Positions 1-13,725 of a DNA stretch of 64,000 nt are shown piece after piece (position 1 is the first letter of the stretch; every line of letters starts with the position of its first letter). The DNA comes from Spironucleus salmonicida (Eukaryota): assembly GCF_000497125.1 (NCBI RefSeq), contig NC_090597.1, forward strand, positions 817,797 to 881,796. Reading direction: 5' to 3'. The translations under genes were made by a program, and so were the position numbers. Below the pieces are notes generated by a model. The model was not told the DNA's origin. It searched no databases and was given only the letters and a program-made list of their open reading frames with translations.

Positions 1-605
1 TTTATTATAAATATATTTGATCATGAGTATAAGTATAAAAAACCTTAGTTTACCTTGATACTGACTTTATTAATTATTTATTGTATATAAATAATAATTT
101 GAATATTATTTTCATAATATATTTATTTCTTATATTATAATTTATATTCTATGGTTCTAATTTTTTGAACTACGGTTATATTATATATAGAGACTAATAT
201 TCTATAATGTAAAGGCTAATATTATATTTTATATCAAGATTTAAACTGAATATATTCATTATTTTGGATTATTAACAATAGTATGAAGAATAAATATAGA
301 GATGATTATTATAATATTAATATATTACAGTTGAAAATTTCTATATGACTGTAAAAATATATACAAGTTAGATAAGATCTTAATATTATTATTAGACTAA
401 CAGAATGAAAAATTTAATATAACAATACTATCTGTATAATAGTAATATAATATTTATTATCCAGTAATACTGAATAATATGAAAAAATAAGTGAACTTAG
501 TTTAATATTATGAGTGATGATTTTAAAATTCTAATTCCGGTTCTACCTATTTAAAATTTATATAACAAAGTATGCATATTATTAGTATAGTCAGCTTCAT
601 TAATA

Positions 606-1517
606 ATGACAGAAGTAAGAATTTGCTCAGTTTAAGATAACAATTGCTTGGTTGATTAATATTGTCCTTCACTGCAGACTACTAACCTGCAATGTTAAAC
701 ATGTTCTAAGACAATAAGAGAGCATTATGGTTGTAACTGCGTAGACTTTAAAATGATTAAGAATTGTTTAAAATGTTAAAATGGAAGATGCGTAGAATGC
801 ATAAATCAATATTCACTGCAACCTAATGGCACGTGCTTTAAATGTGTTTTAGATTGTTTACGCTGTGACAAAACGTAATGCTTTGAATGTATAGACGGTT
901 ATAATCTGAATTTATGGACTAATTAATGTGGGTTTCCATGCGAAACTAATGCTGATTGTAAATATTACAATATAGGCTATTGCAATAAATGTTTAAAAAT
1001 CTGTGAATTTTGTGACTAATAATGTACTTAATGTTCTACAAAAGAATTCTGCACGAATTGCTATGTTGGAACAACTTTATTTAATGGAATTTGTACAAAA
1101 TAATGTATTAATCGTGTAGTGGACCATTACTGCTTAAATGGAACATTAGCACAATGTGATGAAAATATAACTTCCCAATGTTATTGTAATGAAGTTTAAA
1201 ACTGTAGAACTTGCAACGAATCTAAAAATGGGTGTGCATCTTGCATGCCAAATTTTGTAATGGTTGAAAATGATAGATGTACCTAGTGCGAATCTGGATT
1301 CGAGCTAGTAGGTAAAATTTGCAGTCCAGTAGAAGATTTAAATCCAATTTGTCCAATTCCAAGTAACGACACTATTGTTTTTAATATTTTGTTAGGAACA
1401 TTAGTAGCTTTATGTATTATTTGGGGAATGCTCGATATTATTTTATATAAAAAGATAAAAATAAAAAGTAGTGAGGAATTTGTTATTTTAAATAAACAAA
1501 AGCTTTCTAATACTTGA
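606..1517 (+). CDS. Cysteine-rich membrane protein (CxxC repeats, C-terminal TM), copy 1
   Basis: With TAR=Gln reads MTEVRICSVQDNNCLVDQYCP...CxxC repeats...IVFNILLGTLVALCIIWGMLDIILYKK to TGA at 1515-1517. It has one A fewer in the tail than copy 48238-49107, which changes the C-terminus. Confidence 0.85.
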
Positions 1518-2559
1518 TTTAGATTTCAGAATATGTTGTTAGTCAGATTTGAAATATCTAGATTTTTAATTGTATGAATGATACTAATTTTAGGTTTATA
1601 AATATTTAACTAGATCATAAATTTTGCAATTTCATAATATGGTTTAACATAATATTAAAATAACATGAGGATAATTATACTAGAGTATGCGAACAGCATA
1701 TACATAGATCAAATAGTACAATTATGATAAATTGAGAATACTAGTCTATAGATAACGCGGAGTACCAGTAATAGTCAATGCCGTGTTAAATATTATGATA
1801 GTCAGTTTTGTCATTTTTGATAACTATAAGTAAATATTATCTGCAGAGGCAAAATCAATTGCTACAGGGTAAACATTACAGAGATTCATTAAGGATTGTT
1901 AATTACTGATTATCTAAAATAGATAGAGCGTAGTCATGTATGATAGCTAAAACTAATAATAGTAAGGTATATACTAGAAAAATGCATTTCACGAAGAATT
2001 AGAATATGCTATTTAATACATGCATCTAGATAAAAACTAGACTTCAATTTGATATATACCAGTAAATTGATTAGAATATCAAGACTAATCTTAGATATAG
2101 AAACTGCTAGTTAATTATTATGTTTTTCTTGTCTTATATAAAAATTAGCTACAATAAAATGACATATGCGCCAATAATCTGAAATAAGTCCTCTCTCAAT
2201 TGTACTTAGAGCTATTTATACCATAACATAGCGCTTGTGTAAGATTGGGTATATAAAGATTGCGCTAAATGCAGTTAAGAGCGTGCAATGTGTTCAGGCA
2301 AATACTATCATAAATTGATTGTGAAAGTTAATATAATAGAGAATACTTATATTCCTACAATAATGTTGTCACTATTATATAAGCCTTTAGTAATATATTA
2401 ACCCAGATCAAGCGTGCAGAGTATGCTAATATTGCTAATATGAGTCTATGGGATCATATGATATTTGTCTAAAAAGTAAAATCCAATAATAATACGATTG
2501 CAATTGCTATAACTCTAGATACTGCTAATTTGCAAATCAGTAAATATTAAATGACATTC

Positions 2560-3720
2560 ATACTGACACCAATAACATAGTATCAACATACAGATAACCT
2601 GTGCAGCCTGCCTCCCACGCTATTATTTCAAGCTAATTACGTTTAAAATTATTCCAAGGATTACTATCTGCTCTGCAAAGAGGATTCATCTCCGACGATG
2701 TGTGTACCAGTTGGATATACAATTTTATTCACTCAGGAACTTCTTGGAAACCATTTTAGTTAGGTAATTGAGATATCTACTAATATCAGGTTTCTCAAAA
2801 TTTCACACTTTGTGAAGTTGAAAATAGCGATAAATGCTAAAATGATACGGTATCACCAGATAATGAACGCCATGTATATTGAATCATCCAAAATAAGGAG
2901 GAATGTGCTAGATACAACATATATAATTATTAACCCTGATCAAATGATATGAGGAAATGGAATAAATGCGAAAATGGTTTATTCCTTAAAACGGGTACAT
3001 ACAAGATATAAATCATGAACAATTATAATTTTGCCTGTGGGTGTCGAAGAGCTGCACTAACTGTGAGTTGAAAAATTAGATGAAATTCATACCAGGTTAG
3101 TAGGCTGCGTGCTGTGCTTTTTTTAATGTGCGAAGAAGGATGGAAAATATGTTTCATACGCAGTCAGGAGCTCAAGGATGGTGAATTCTATCATGGTGGA
3201 AGGCATATCAAGTGTGGTACCGATGGTATATCCTCTTTGTGCACATGTGGTAATCTTCACACCTGCTTGCTCCGTGATTGGAGGGCCTCCACCCAGTGCA
3301 TGAGAGGCTTCCTTTTGTCTGATTTCGCATGATACGGAGATGCTACTGGATATTATCTAGAGCAAAATAGCTTCATAGAGTACTTTGCACTCTAAAGCAG
3401 CAAACCAGCAATATGATCACAGGAACTATTGGTCGAATAGTGGTCGATAATAGCTATGTGGCTACCGGCTAGGTTATCTACTTTAAGGAACAAGCAAGGT
3501 TCTCAGCTATCCCAGTACTGATAGCAACATCTTGTACCCATGACCTATGAAATGACGATATTAATCCATTATATTTTATTTTAATTGGATTCATAAAACA
3601 ATAAGGACCATATACTGTGTTATACCCTAGTATCATATATTAATCCGCTTTTGCAGTGTAGCTGTAATAGGAGTTTTAGTATTTTCATTTTTATTCAAAA
3701 TTTATTATATACAATAATAT
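2560..3720 (+). pseudogene. Decayed cysteine-rich protein pseudogene
   Basis: Fragments ITCAACLPRYYF, NKCENGLFLKTG and KCGTDGISSLCTCGNLHTCL lie in shifting frames with TGA interruptions. Weaker remnants may extend back to ~1650. Confidence 0.6.
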
Positions 3721-3969
3721 ATAATACTTAATTAAATTTTAATAAAGAATCGCGATCGACCGCTAGTTTACTAAAACCAGTGCTATGCTCAAAAATTATA
3801 TTAGCAATATTTTCGATTACTATAGTGAGCCTAAGGATGGGGAATTATAGCTATTTTTAGGATTAAAAACCCCCACCTACGCTTGATTACAGTAGCATAT
3901 AGTATGTTTTCTTGCTAAATATATTATATTTAAATTATATTACTAAGTTAATATTAGCGCAACTAGCGG

Positions 3970-4750
3970 TTCATGCCTTCTTGACGGAATATAAAGTAAG
4001 GTTGGCCCGAAGGCACATGCAACCACAATTCTTGCTACCACTCCACCAGGGATGCTGCCAGATACCGCTAGTGGTGCAAAACATCAGGGTGCTGACTAGA
4101 TAGAACAATCTTCACATTTTTCACATTTTTTAGTTTCACATTTGTACTCAGGGAGATAATAACAGCATTTAGTCTTATCTTTGGCTCATGTATGACGGTT
4201 AGCAGAGGTTATGCACCTGCAAACAGTTGTTTTGGGTTCAATTCTGCAGGCAGCGGCAGCAGTCCCAATATATGCACCACCCTCCTCTAATTCCCGTTCA
4301 CAATATGCTATCATCTCAGCTAATTATCATCTGGTGTACAACGAGGCTAGCATAGAACAAATCAACACTATATGATTAGAATTTCCACTTTCGACCTAAT
4401 TTTCTCCAAATTTAGTTAATTACCGATACCAATCTGTACACACATCGCACAAATTCGCTATATTCCTGTATCCTGCGACACAAATATCTCCATATTTCAG
4501 GAAAAAGTCTCTCTAACATATTTAAATACTTTTCTATTATAGCTCCCACAGGCACACCTCAAAAACGCTTCTACTGCCCAAATGACCTGTATTTCATTCA
4601 CTGCACTTCTATACACATCCATCTTATTTAGCACATGATGATTCAAGTATTCGCGCTGAAATCCCTTCCCGCGCACGGTGTATTGGACCTTTTTCGCATT
4701 TTGCTGCTATTTTAACAGTTTTTGTATTTATATACTTTGATGCAAATTTT
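3970..4750 (-). pseudogene. Decayed CRMP pseudogene
   Basis: Homologous to 51603-52335, which shows the remnant CRMP C-terminal module and a ...SVKKA* tail. Multiple frameshifts. Confidence 0.6.
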
Positions 4751-5259
4751 GGATTTAATCGATTGAAACGCCTTTAGTATCTGAGAACGTATACAGCGGA
4801 AACTAAATTTGCACCTTAAATACGCTAAATTTCGGTATATTATATGTGTATAAAAACAATGATTTGCAACTGAAGATGCATATCAATAATATATCGCTCA
4901 ATACAATATATTGATAAATAATTTAATATAATATACTTTGAATACAGTCTAATGAGTATATATTTTAATATAAAATAATAATATAATTATTATATTTGGA
5001 TAAAGATTTCACATTACATGAAAGTTTTTATTGTAATGTAGTATTTTTACGGATATAATTTTATTGCCATAATAATATTTTTATTATTTAATCGTTAAAA
5101 AGAAAAACATTACAATTTATATATATAGAAACTTTAAAAACTATCGTTTTTACTTTCGCACAATAATAGTTATTATAGGTAAAAACATGGATACACATAA
5201 TAAGATTTATATTAATTCATATATATATAAATATATATACAGTTTTTCGTATTTATTAA

Positions 5260-6801
5260 ATGAACCCGTACATCTGCCCTACAAAAACCTGTCCAGAAGG
5301 CACTGCTTGTCCAACCACTGACAAAACAAATCCCCAAATTTGCAAATAGTGCGAAATATTCAACTGCAAGAGGTGCTCGGCGTCTTTACTTGGCAAATGT
5401 TAAGCATGCCGATATGGGTATTACTTAGAGAATAATGCGTGCAAGCCGTGCACAGCTAACTGCGAAAATTGTGGCAGCCGCGGATGCTCCAACTGCATCC
5501 CAGGATACATAGTTAAAGACGGTTAGTGTGTTAAATGCGTACAGGACTGCAACATCTGCAGTGGATAATGGGTATGCAAAGATTGTAACCCTGGATATTT
5601 TAAAGATAGATTCCATAACTGTTAGCCCTGTTCCCTAGGTTGCAGTGAATGCACTAGCAAACGGTCCTGTAGCCGATGCTTACCTGACCATAATTTTATA
5701 AATAAAGTGTGCCAGAAATGTCCAGAAAATTGTACAAACTGTGAAGATAATAAATGCTATGAGTGTGTAGAGGGTTACAGAGCAATAGATGATGTATGTC
5801 AGCCTTGCCCAGAAAGCTGCAAAAAATGCTCCAGCCACTAAGAATGCTAAATTTGCAAAGATGGCTATTTACTTGATATGAAGTCTAATACGTGCACGCT
5901 CTGCAAAGCCAACTGCCGCGCATGTTCGTCGAAGGATGTATGCGGCCTCTGCAAAGACCACCACGATCTGGTTGGTGGTGAGTGCGTTCCGAGCGAATGC
6001 AACACAAATAACCTCTGCGGACCTACCTAGTTCTGTGATGCTAAGAGTACTGGTTCGACTTGCGTTAACTGCATGGAAGGGTGCGATAGCTGCAATACTT
6101 TAGAGGTTTGCAGTAGATGCTCAACTGGCTACTTGAAAAAGGATAATCGCTGCCTAAAATGTTCTCAAAATTGCTAGCAATGCTCGGCAGCTGATACATG
6201 TGATGAGTGTTTGGATGGATATAGATTCACTACGGATGATTAGTGTGTAAAGGATTAATGCACGAGTATAAGGGGCTGTCCTGACGGCCAGCAGTGCGAG
6301 AAACTGGACTCTGGGAATGTATGCATTTAGTGCCCTGATTTATGCAAGGTTTGCTCTGACAAAGACACCTGCACTGAATGCTTTGGTCACGCACGCTTTA
6401 ATTCGGATAGAAAGTGTGTCTAGGATTTCTGTAATGAAATGTTCCGTTGTGCATCAGGATCTTTCTGCCAGTCATAAATTATAGGTAATAGATGTCAATA
6501 ATGCCCAGATTATTGCCTGGCCTGTGATAGCGAAATTTCCTGCACCTAATGCAAAAATAAAGCATCTCTTGTAGACGGAGCCTGTCTGCCATTAATAAAT
6601 AAGATGAGCAGCGGCTCTATAATCGGAATTGCTGTTGGCATAATAGCTGTAGTTGGCATTGTTATAGGCGGAGTAGTATATGCTGTTTAAATGAAGAAAA
6701 AATCTAATTTAGTTTAAAAGAATAGTAATGTAAAACCTAATAAGTAAAACATATAATTTCAAATTGACGAATCAGTAAAAATACTGACCAAAACTGAATG
6801 A
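5260..6801 (+). CDS. Cysteine-rich membrane protein with longer cytoplasmic tail (CRMP2-like), 513 aa
   Basis: Open frame MNPYICPTKTCPEG... with dense CxxC/GY repeats, TM IIGIAVGIIAVVGIVIGGVVYAV and tail QMKKKSNL...LTKTE, ending at TGA. Confidence 0.93.
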
Positions 6802-6975
6802 TGAATTCCCTCCACTATATTTCAATATATATTTGATAGTTTTTAACTGAACTTCGACTTCTCTATCCTCTAAGTACAATCTGTCTCATACCCCCAAAAC
6901 GCAAAAAGCAAATTTCTGAAATCCGAAGCAGCTACACTAAATTAATAAATATTTACATCCAACAACTCACTTTCA

Positions 6976-7330
6976 TCATTACTACCTCCACTTCATTACT
7001 GTTTTCCGCTTTGCGATTTTCGCCCTCCTAAGATACCAGAAAACTCCACCAGAAGCACCCAACACGACCGATTTAACGGCCAGCGAAATTCCTAATACTG
7101 CCCCAGAAGACAGACGATTACCTTCTTCCGCACTCGCAAAGCAAAAAGCTCCTACTGCAACAGCACGATCAGCGCAATTAGTGCACGCATCATTTCCAAC
7201 TCTTCATCCTGATAAGCATCACTACACATATTTCTGTACGCTGCTGCGTAATTATCCAATTTTCTCAACATTAAATCCGCAAATACCTTTATATCGGGTC
7301 TTAAAATGGCAAAAAAATACTACCAGCACG
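6976..7330 (-). pseudogene. CRMP 3' fragment (TM cassette plus decayed ectodomain)
   Basis: Reads DACTNCADRAVAVGAFCFASAEEGNRLSSGAVLGISLAVKSVVLGASGGVFWYLRRAK. Sequence upstream is broken by TGAs and has no start. Confidence 0.75.
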
Positions 7331-8952
7331 GCGCAAATGGTCATAAAATTCCGTCTAAATTCTGTAGTTCGCAGCAGCGCAAATCTCGAAGAAGGAAAAT
7401 CAAATGCTGAAATTACATGTTTCCTTATATACGTGATAGTAAAGGTTCCTACACGAACTGTGCGATTAATTGCGTCAAGATTGGCGAAAAGTGCTAAGTA
7501 GAGAACTGCCAGACCTGTTCAATGGACATAAAAATGTGTGTAACGTGCAGAAATAATTTCTGTTTTAACGGTGGGAGATGCGAGGTATGCCGCGATAACA
7601 AGTCAGAGTGCCTGGATAAATTGTGTCACATGGGGGGGAAATGCAGATAAATACAAAAACTTCGTCGGTAATTTTGGCCCTAAGGAGGCTCCCGCGTGCA
7701 TTGAGTACCTGGATGGATTTTTCAGGTCTGAAACTAGGGGTAAGCGTATTTGTGCCGCTTGCTCGAAGAAGTGCATATAGTGCACATCAGTAGAGGTGGG
7801 CAAGGCCTGTTATGGCGCTAATTGCAAGGTCTGTTCTGTTGATAATAATAGCTGCGGTACATGCAAAACTGGTTACAAGCTCTTTGGCGGGAAATGCGAG
7901 TTGGAGTGCAACACTGGCGATATAGTCTGCACAGTCAACCAAATCTGCCTAGACACCTGCAAAACATGCTAGGAAAACTGTACGAGCTGTTAGGATACCG
8001 TGACCAACTGCAAAAGCTGCGTTCCTGACTTTGCTTTAGATGGCAGTTCATGCGCGGCGTGCTCTGCAGGCTGCACAGATTGTGCTGGAGACAAGAACGT
8101 GTGCAATCTCTGTAAAGATGGCTATTTCGGCATCAACGGGGCCTGCTAGTCGTGCGAAATGAACACTACCGCGCAGTGCGAATGCTCTGGGGCAGCTAAC
8201 TGCGCAACCTGCACAATTGCTAAATCCGGCACTTGCGGCACCTGCATCGCCGGCTACAAAATGTCAGCTAGCAACACATGCTTTACCGCATTCAAATGTA
8301 CCAGTGACGTCTATATGTCCTATTTAGTAACGCTAATACATACATTGCAGAGACTCATTGCAAATACAGCGAATTTTGCGATATACCAGACTCTGGGAAT
8401 ACTTGTATTTGTTTCATGCTTCCTGTGAGAACCCTACTAACTTAAAACAGTGCACAAAACTACGCATGATATTAATACAGGTCAGACCTGCACTTGATAT
8501 AGCGAACCGACCATGGGAGTTTACAAGCATGCATAGAAAAAAATTAGCATCTATTGTAACAGCTCATTATAAAACTACCTATATACTGTCCTATTGCTGA
8601 TAGGTTTGCTACCTACCAGGATATTCCAGTATCAGAATAGAGCATGCCCAACAATACTTTGTAAGTGTAGAATAGATAATCTAGCGTGTACACAGCTTGA
8701 GTAGATAATCGTAATTGTATTTTTATATATGAAAAATTCACTGGGAAATTTACTAATAAATTCGTAATTTGCCATACTGGCTATCCCTTGAAAGAAGATT
8801 TTCACAAAGATTGTGCAGTAGGTAGTTAAAAAGTTGACTATACCTGTTATTAAACGTTAATAAGCTCGAGTATAAGTCTATCAGTAGCATGTTGGCTGGA
8901 GTTATAATAGTAGTGGGCTCGCTTATTACTTCATTAAGAAATAAAGAAATGA
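7330..8952 (+). pseudogene. CRMP1-type pseudogene with an intact core
   Basis: Clean CxxC frame over ~7810-8290, frameshifted flanks and a remnant tail GLAYYFIKK near 8920-8950. Confidence 0.8.
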
Positions 8953-9721
8953 TGTTGAATAATATAGTTTTATAATATGAAAAATTACAGAATTAAATTG
9001 ACAAAATAGAAATTTTAATATCAAACGCTTGATAATATTAATAACTTATATTGCGATTATAGAATATGTAGCGATATTTAATTTTCAAATTTTAGGTTGA
9101 TAACATTAAGTGATACTGTGAAATATTTTTCTGCTTAAAAGATTAAGTCATGTGAATTGATAAAAACTGAAATTCTTACAGTTTCTATAACTGTGCGATT
9201 TTGATGTTTTTGAAATAGAATGTTGCGCTACGGATGAATTGGGAGTGAATAGCTAAACATGCAAAATTATAGATTTTATTTCTTAGTTTTGCTTGAAGTC
9301 AATCTTTACGAATAATTATTAATTTTGTCACTATCAAAATCAAGTTTTTTTTATTTAGTTAATTTATTAACCAATTTAATGTATAATAATAAAATAAAAA
9401 TTAATAAGTTTTTGGTATATTTGGTCACTATCGAAATTTAGTAATTAATGATTTGAAAAGCGTAAAATTTACATTCAAATTTAATATTAGCATGATAATA
9501 ATCACAAATGGAATATAAAACATAAGATTGCTTTTTCATTTATGATGCTAATATTATAAATAAAATAAGTTATTACTAATGTATTAAGAAGTGTATTTGA
9601 AATATGTGTTTCATATAAAAGTATAATCACTTATTATTTAAAGACAATAAGAAACCGAAACTCATATTCCTTATGCATATCCAATATGAATATAAGAATA
9701 ACTATTACATTTATTTTAAAA

Positions 9722-10729
9722 ATGGACAACAAATGTACAGATTCTGATACGACCACTTGTAGTACTGGATTTTTCTGTCCTGCTAACGCTGAGGACAGTG
9801 GTACTGCATGTACGGCATGTTCTGCGACTTGTGGCACCTGTGCTGGACCTGATGCCAATATCTGTATGTCTTGCGCCGACGGTAAGTTTATCAGCTCCGG
9901 TACCTGCACAGCCTGCGATGGTAAATGCACGAAATGTGCTAATAGTGCTACTGAGTGCAGCGAATGCAAACCAGGAAATCTGCTTTCTGGAACCACCTGC
10001 GAAGCCTGCCCGACAAATTGTGAAAATTGCGCTGGAGACAAAGCAGTATGCTAAATATGTTAGAACAGTTATTTTTTAAAAGATGGTAAATGTACTGTGT
10101 GTAATGGAAATATGACGGAAACATGCACGTGCGGCGACGCAGTTAACTGCGCTACCTGCAGTAGTGGCGATAGCAAAATGTGCGGAAACTGCATCACTGG
10201 CTACGACAAGCATACAGATGGTACCTGTACTATCTGCGATAGGGATTATTTAATGGTAGGAATGGTGTGCAAAAAATGCAACGATAAGTGTGCTACGTGT
10301 TCCAAAGGCCTTGATTTATGTGATACATGTAAGCCTGGTAATCAGATTACCATCAACTAAACCTGTCAGGCTGATTGTAATCCAGTGCAAACAGATGGAT
10401 AAGCCTGCGTTGGGACCGGTACTACAGCATGCGGAAATGAAGCCCAAATAACGGAGTGCAAGTGTACAGATGCGAAGAACTGCTTAATCTGCGGAACTGA
10501 TAACACTAAGTGCGGTTCCTGTCTGCCTGGATACAAGCTAGAGGCTGATGAATGTAAAAATTGCGATGATGGGGTTGAACAGACTGGAGACTTCTGCTTC
10601 GCCCCCAGAAAGGAATCTGGGAACCTCTCAGGCGGTGCGGTGACCGGAATTGTGATTGCTGTGCTGGTGGTAGTAGGAGCTGTCGGAGGGGGTCTAGCGT
10701 ATTACTTCACCAAGAAGGCGAAGAAATGA
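9722..10729 (+). CDS. Cysteine-rich membrane protein 1 (VSP-like), 335 aa
   Basis: MDNKCTDSDTTTCSTGFFCP...[35 protein letters not shown] then TGA. The track ORFs 9686-10054 and 10097-10360 join through TAR codons. Confidence 0.95.
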
Positions 10730-12077
10730 TCAAAATATTACAAAATTAATAGAATAATATATAATTTTATTTATATTTAAGTGTCAAGATTTATATATAC
10801 ATTATAAATTCTATTATTGACTAAACTATGATAAATAAATATAAAGTACTATTCGCCAGAATAATTTTATAATTTAGGCTCAATAAGTCGTTAGTGATGC
10901 GCTCACTTATTCTTTCTATTGTCAGCAATTAAATTTGATATCAATATTTTAAAATATGTTTAAAATATAAATAAAGTTTCCATATTCAGTTTTTGCAATA
11001 TTATTATTTATATATACAGAAATTTGTTTAACAGTGAATATCATAACTATATAATCATATATTCCCGTATTGCTACATAAGTCTCATTAATATTACTCTA
11101 TATTTAGTTAATTTTCCTTTACGAATATTGTAAATGATGTAGTATACTATGCAATAATGAATAATAAAATATATTCATAAATAATATTTTTATGCTTTAT
11201 CGTTTGTTAACTAATACTGACTCAATTTACAAAAATTTATATCTAATGCGTTAATCCGCTTACAATTATTTCAACTTTTATTACATCATATTTAATTTAT
11301 GATAATTTAAACTCTTTATTTAACATAAATAATAAGTACAAAATTAAAATTCATTATTATATTCAGGCTGACGTTAAATCGCATTTTATGTCGTAGTTTG
11401 ATATTTTAATTGTCAAATATTAAGTCTATTTACACAAAATCTAAAATTTATGTAGTTAAGCGACTGATAGCCTAAGTATATTTATCCTATACTACTCTTG
11501 CTTGTATAAACTTAATATTTTAAATAGGTTTTGCAATAAAAATATACTCTCAATTTGGAACCCAATACATAGGATTCATATTCGCTATTTAAGCCTTTCC
11601 GTGTTATTATTTTTACTTATTTGGAAGTTTAAATTGAAGCCCTATGCAAGAATTTTAACTATGCAAATTATCTATTAATATACTTTATAATTCAAATACC
11701 AATTATTTGAAATCTGTTCTATTTGCAATTGAAAATTACTACAACACTGCGTCTCACTAGTCCAATCTAGCGTTAAGCGACACGCAAACTCCACGAATTA
11801 TGCGCAATGCAAAATATGATAAACTGATGTTCACATACTCAAATAACATTACTTTTAGCACCGGAAGCTAACTAACTTTATTACTGCATGCAATATTTTA
11901 CCATCTGAAGCATAGACTATCAATTGCGGCAAACTTGTGCGATATAAGCTAGCAATGTCGTCTAGATTCAGTTTCGTTAAATTAAGTTGGTTTCATTTTC
12001 ATTTCTATTAACATTACAATTCCTCCCATTGATATTCCCATTCTATTCAACTTATATCACATTCCCTTCCTCCCCCT

Positions 12078-13361
12078 TCACTTCACTCCATTTTTACTCA
12101 GAAATAGTAGCCCCTCGCTAAATTTCCCCCCAGGACCCTCGCTAAAACGCCCAATTTCGCTCATGCAGCCCCCGCAGCGCACCCAACGCGATCCTGCGTC
12201 CCCGCTTTTGTAGTCAAGAAAAATGTGAATTAGAAATTGATTTTCCACTCCTAAAAGTGCGCCTTTCCGCTTCTTTGCGATTAGCTCGAGCTCGCTTTTG
12301 CAGATCAAAATGCCGCATTTTGCGCAGCAACTCGGCCTCGCGACGCTGCTTTCGGCCTTCAAATCTTCGCTTTTTAGCGCGATTTGCGACACTTAAATGC
12401 CGTTTTCGATGGTCGGGAACCGATTTGAGAGAGGGAGTGAAAAGTCGAATTTGAATTAGTTTTCTTGAGTAATTTTTTCGCTCAAAACCGCTCCAATTTC
12501 CGCACTTTCGAGTAAAAAGCATTCAAGTTTCCGGTGCGCTGATAGTTTTTCGGACGAAATTGCCAAATTTGAGAGCGAAAGCGCTTTTTTAGATAGTTTT
12601 TTCAGCAAAATTGAAGCGGAATTTTCGCGTTTTTCGAAGACGTTTTGGAGCTCATTTTCGAGGCTTTTGAAGCGGTTTTCGACCTTTCTGATTAGCTCGA
12701 CTTTGAGCGATTTTGCCTGGTCCAGCGACAGGCTTAACAGGTTCTTATTCACCTCGTTAATAGATAATACTTTGTGGAATTAATTTTTGAGGCTCACGAC
12801 CAATTCTCGTGTTAAATTAGATAGTTCTTGAGTATTTGCCTTCATTATATCATAAGCTAAATTAATTGGAAGAATGGTGTAGTTGCAGTAGGCGTTATTT
12901 TCAGAGCAAAATTCGCAAAGTAGCTGGTTCAATTCCGGGCAGAAGTGTGTTATTTTTTAAACTTCAAAATTGCTTTTTACGAGCACAGAGCTCTACAGGG
13001 CGCTTTGGTGGGTGTCGCACATGCACGCTAGGGGCTATATTTGCTCGTTGATGCGCTCTCGAACGTGGGAGTGGAAAACTGAAATTGAGTGGATTTCGAG
13101 GTCGCACTTCTCGCAGAGTAGGGTATCGCATGCACGGCAGGCGACGGCGGCGGTAGCACTGCAGTTCTTGCACCTTTCAGCGGGCCTGACTCTGGCGTTC
13201 TGCAGTGGCTGGAAGTCGAAGGGGCAGGAGCAGTCAAGCGCCTCCGCGCAGCACGCCGCGCAGAACGCGTGTCCGCAGTCAAATTCGCTGAATTCGTCGC
13301 TCGCTTGGAAGCAGAAATCGCAGTAGCTGCCGAACGGGAAATCGGGAAGCTCAGGATGCAT
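12078..13361 (-). CDS. RING / B-box / B-box-like / coiled-coil (TRIM/RBCC-like) protein with C-terminal Yippee/Mis18-like zinc domain, 427 aa
   Basis: Track ORFs 13035-13361, 12456-12752 and 12078-12392 share one frame joined by TAR codons. RING: CDFC..CGHAFCAAC..CPFD. B-box: CKNC..CRAC..LCEKCDLEIH..H. C-terminus: CAKC...CGGC..IG. Ends AAG TGA. Confidence 0.9.
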
Positions 13362-13725
13362 TTTGCGGAGCGGAGTTAAAAATACTAATTGTATATAGTT
13401 ATATTAATATAAAATTACGTGAAATGCGAAAAAATATATAATTACTAAATAAATCATATAATAATAAGATAAAATATTGTGGAGGAAAATTTATGATTAT
13501 TTTAATGAGTAGAAGACAGGTTGAGTTGGGAAGGCAAATGGGTAAATTATTACGTAAGATAAGGGAGAGGTGGGGTTTGATTTTGTATACCTAGGTTTGG
13601 AAACAGATCGGTAAAAAAAACAATTATGTTGAAAAAAATCTGATTTGTTGTATTAATCTATAATAATGATATTAAGTATGAAAAATATCTATTAATAATT
13701 ATATATAATAATGGTGTAGTAATTA

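Larger units (their letters stand above)
560..7160 (+). repeat. Segmental duplication copy A (direct repeat of ~48190-54750)
   Basis: Colinear sequence at an offset of ~47.6 kb. Near-identical over ~560-3330 and ~6600-7150, patchier in between. Confidence 0.95.

Noticed and set aside
11645-12230. Plus-strand TGA-free frame of ~190 codons
   Set aside because: It has no motif, runs antisense into the RBCC gene, and such lengths arise by chance with a single stop codon.
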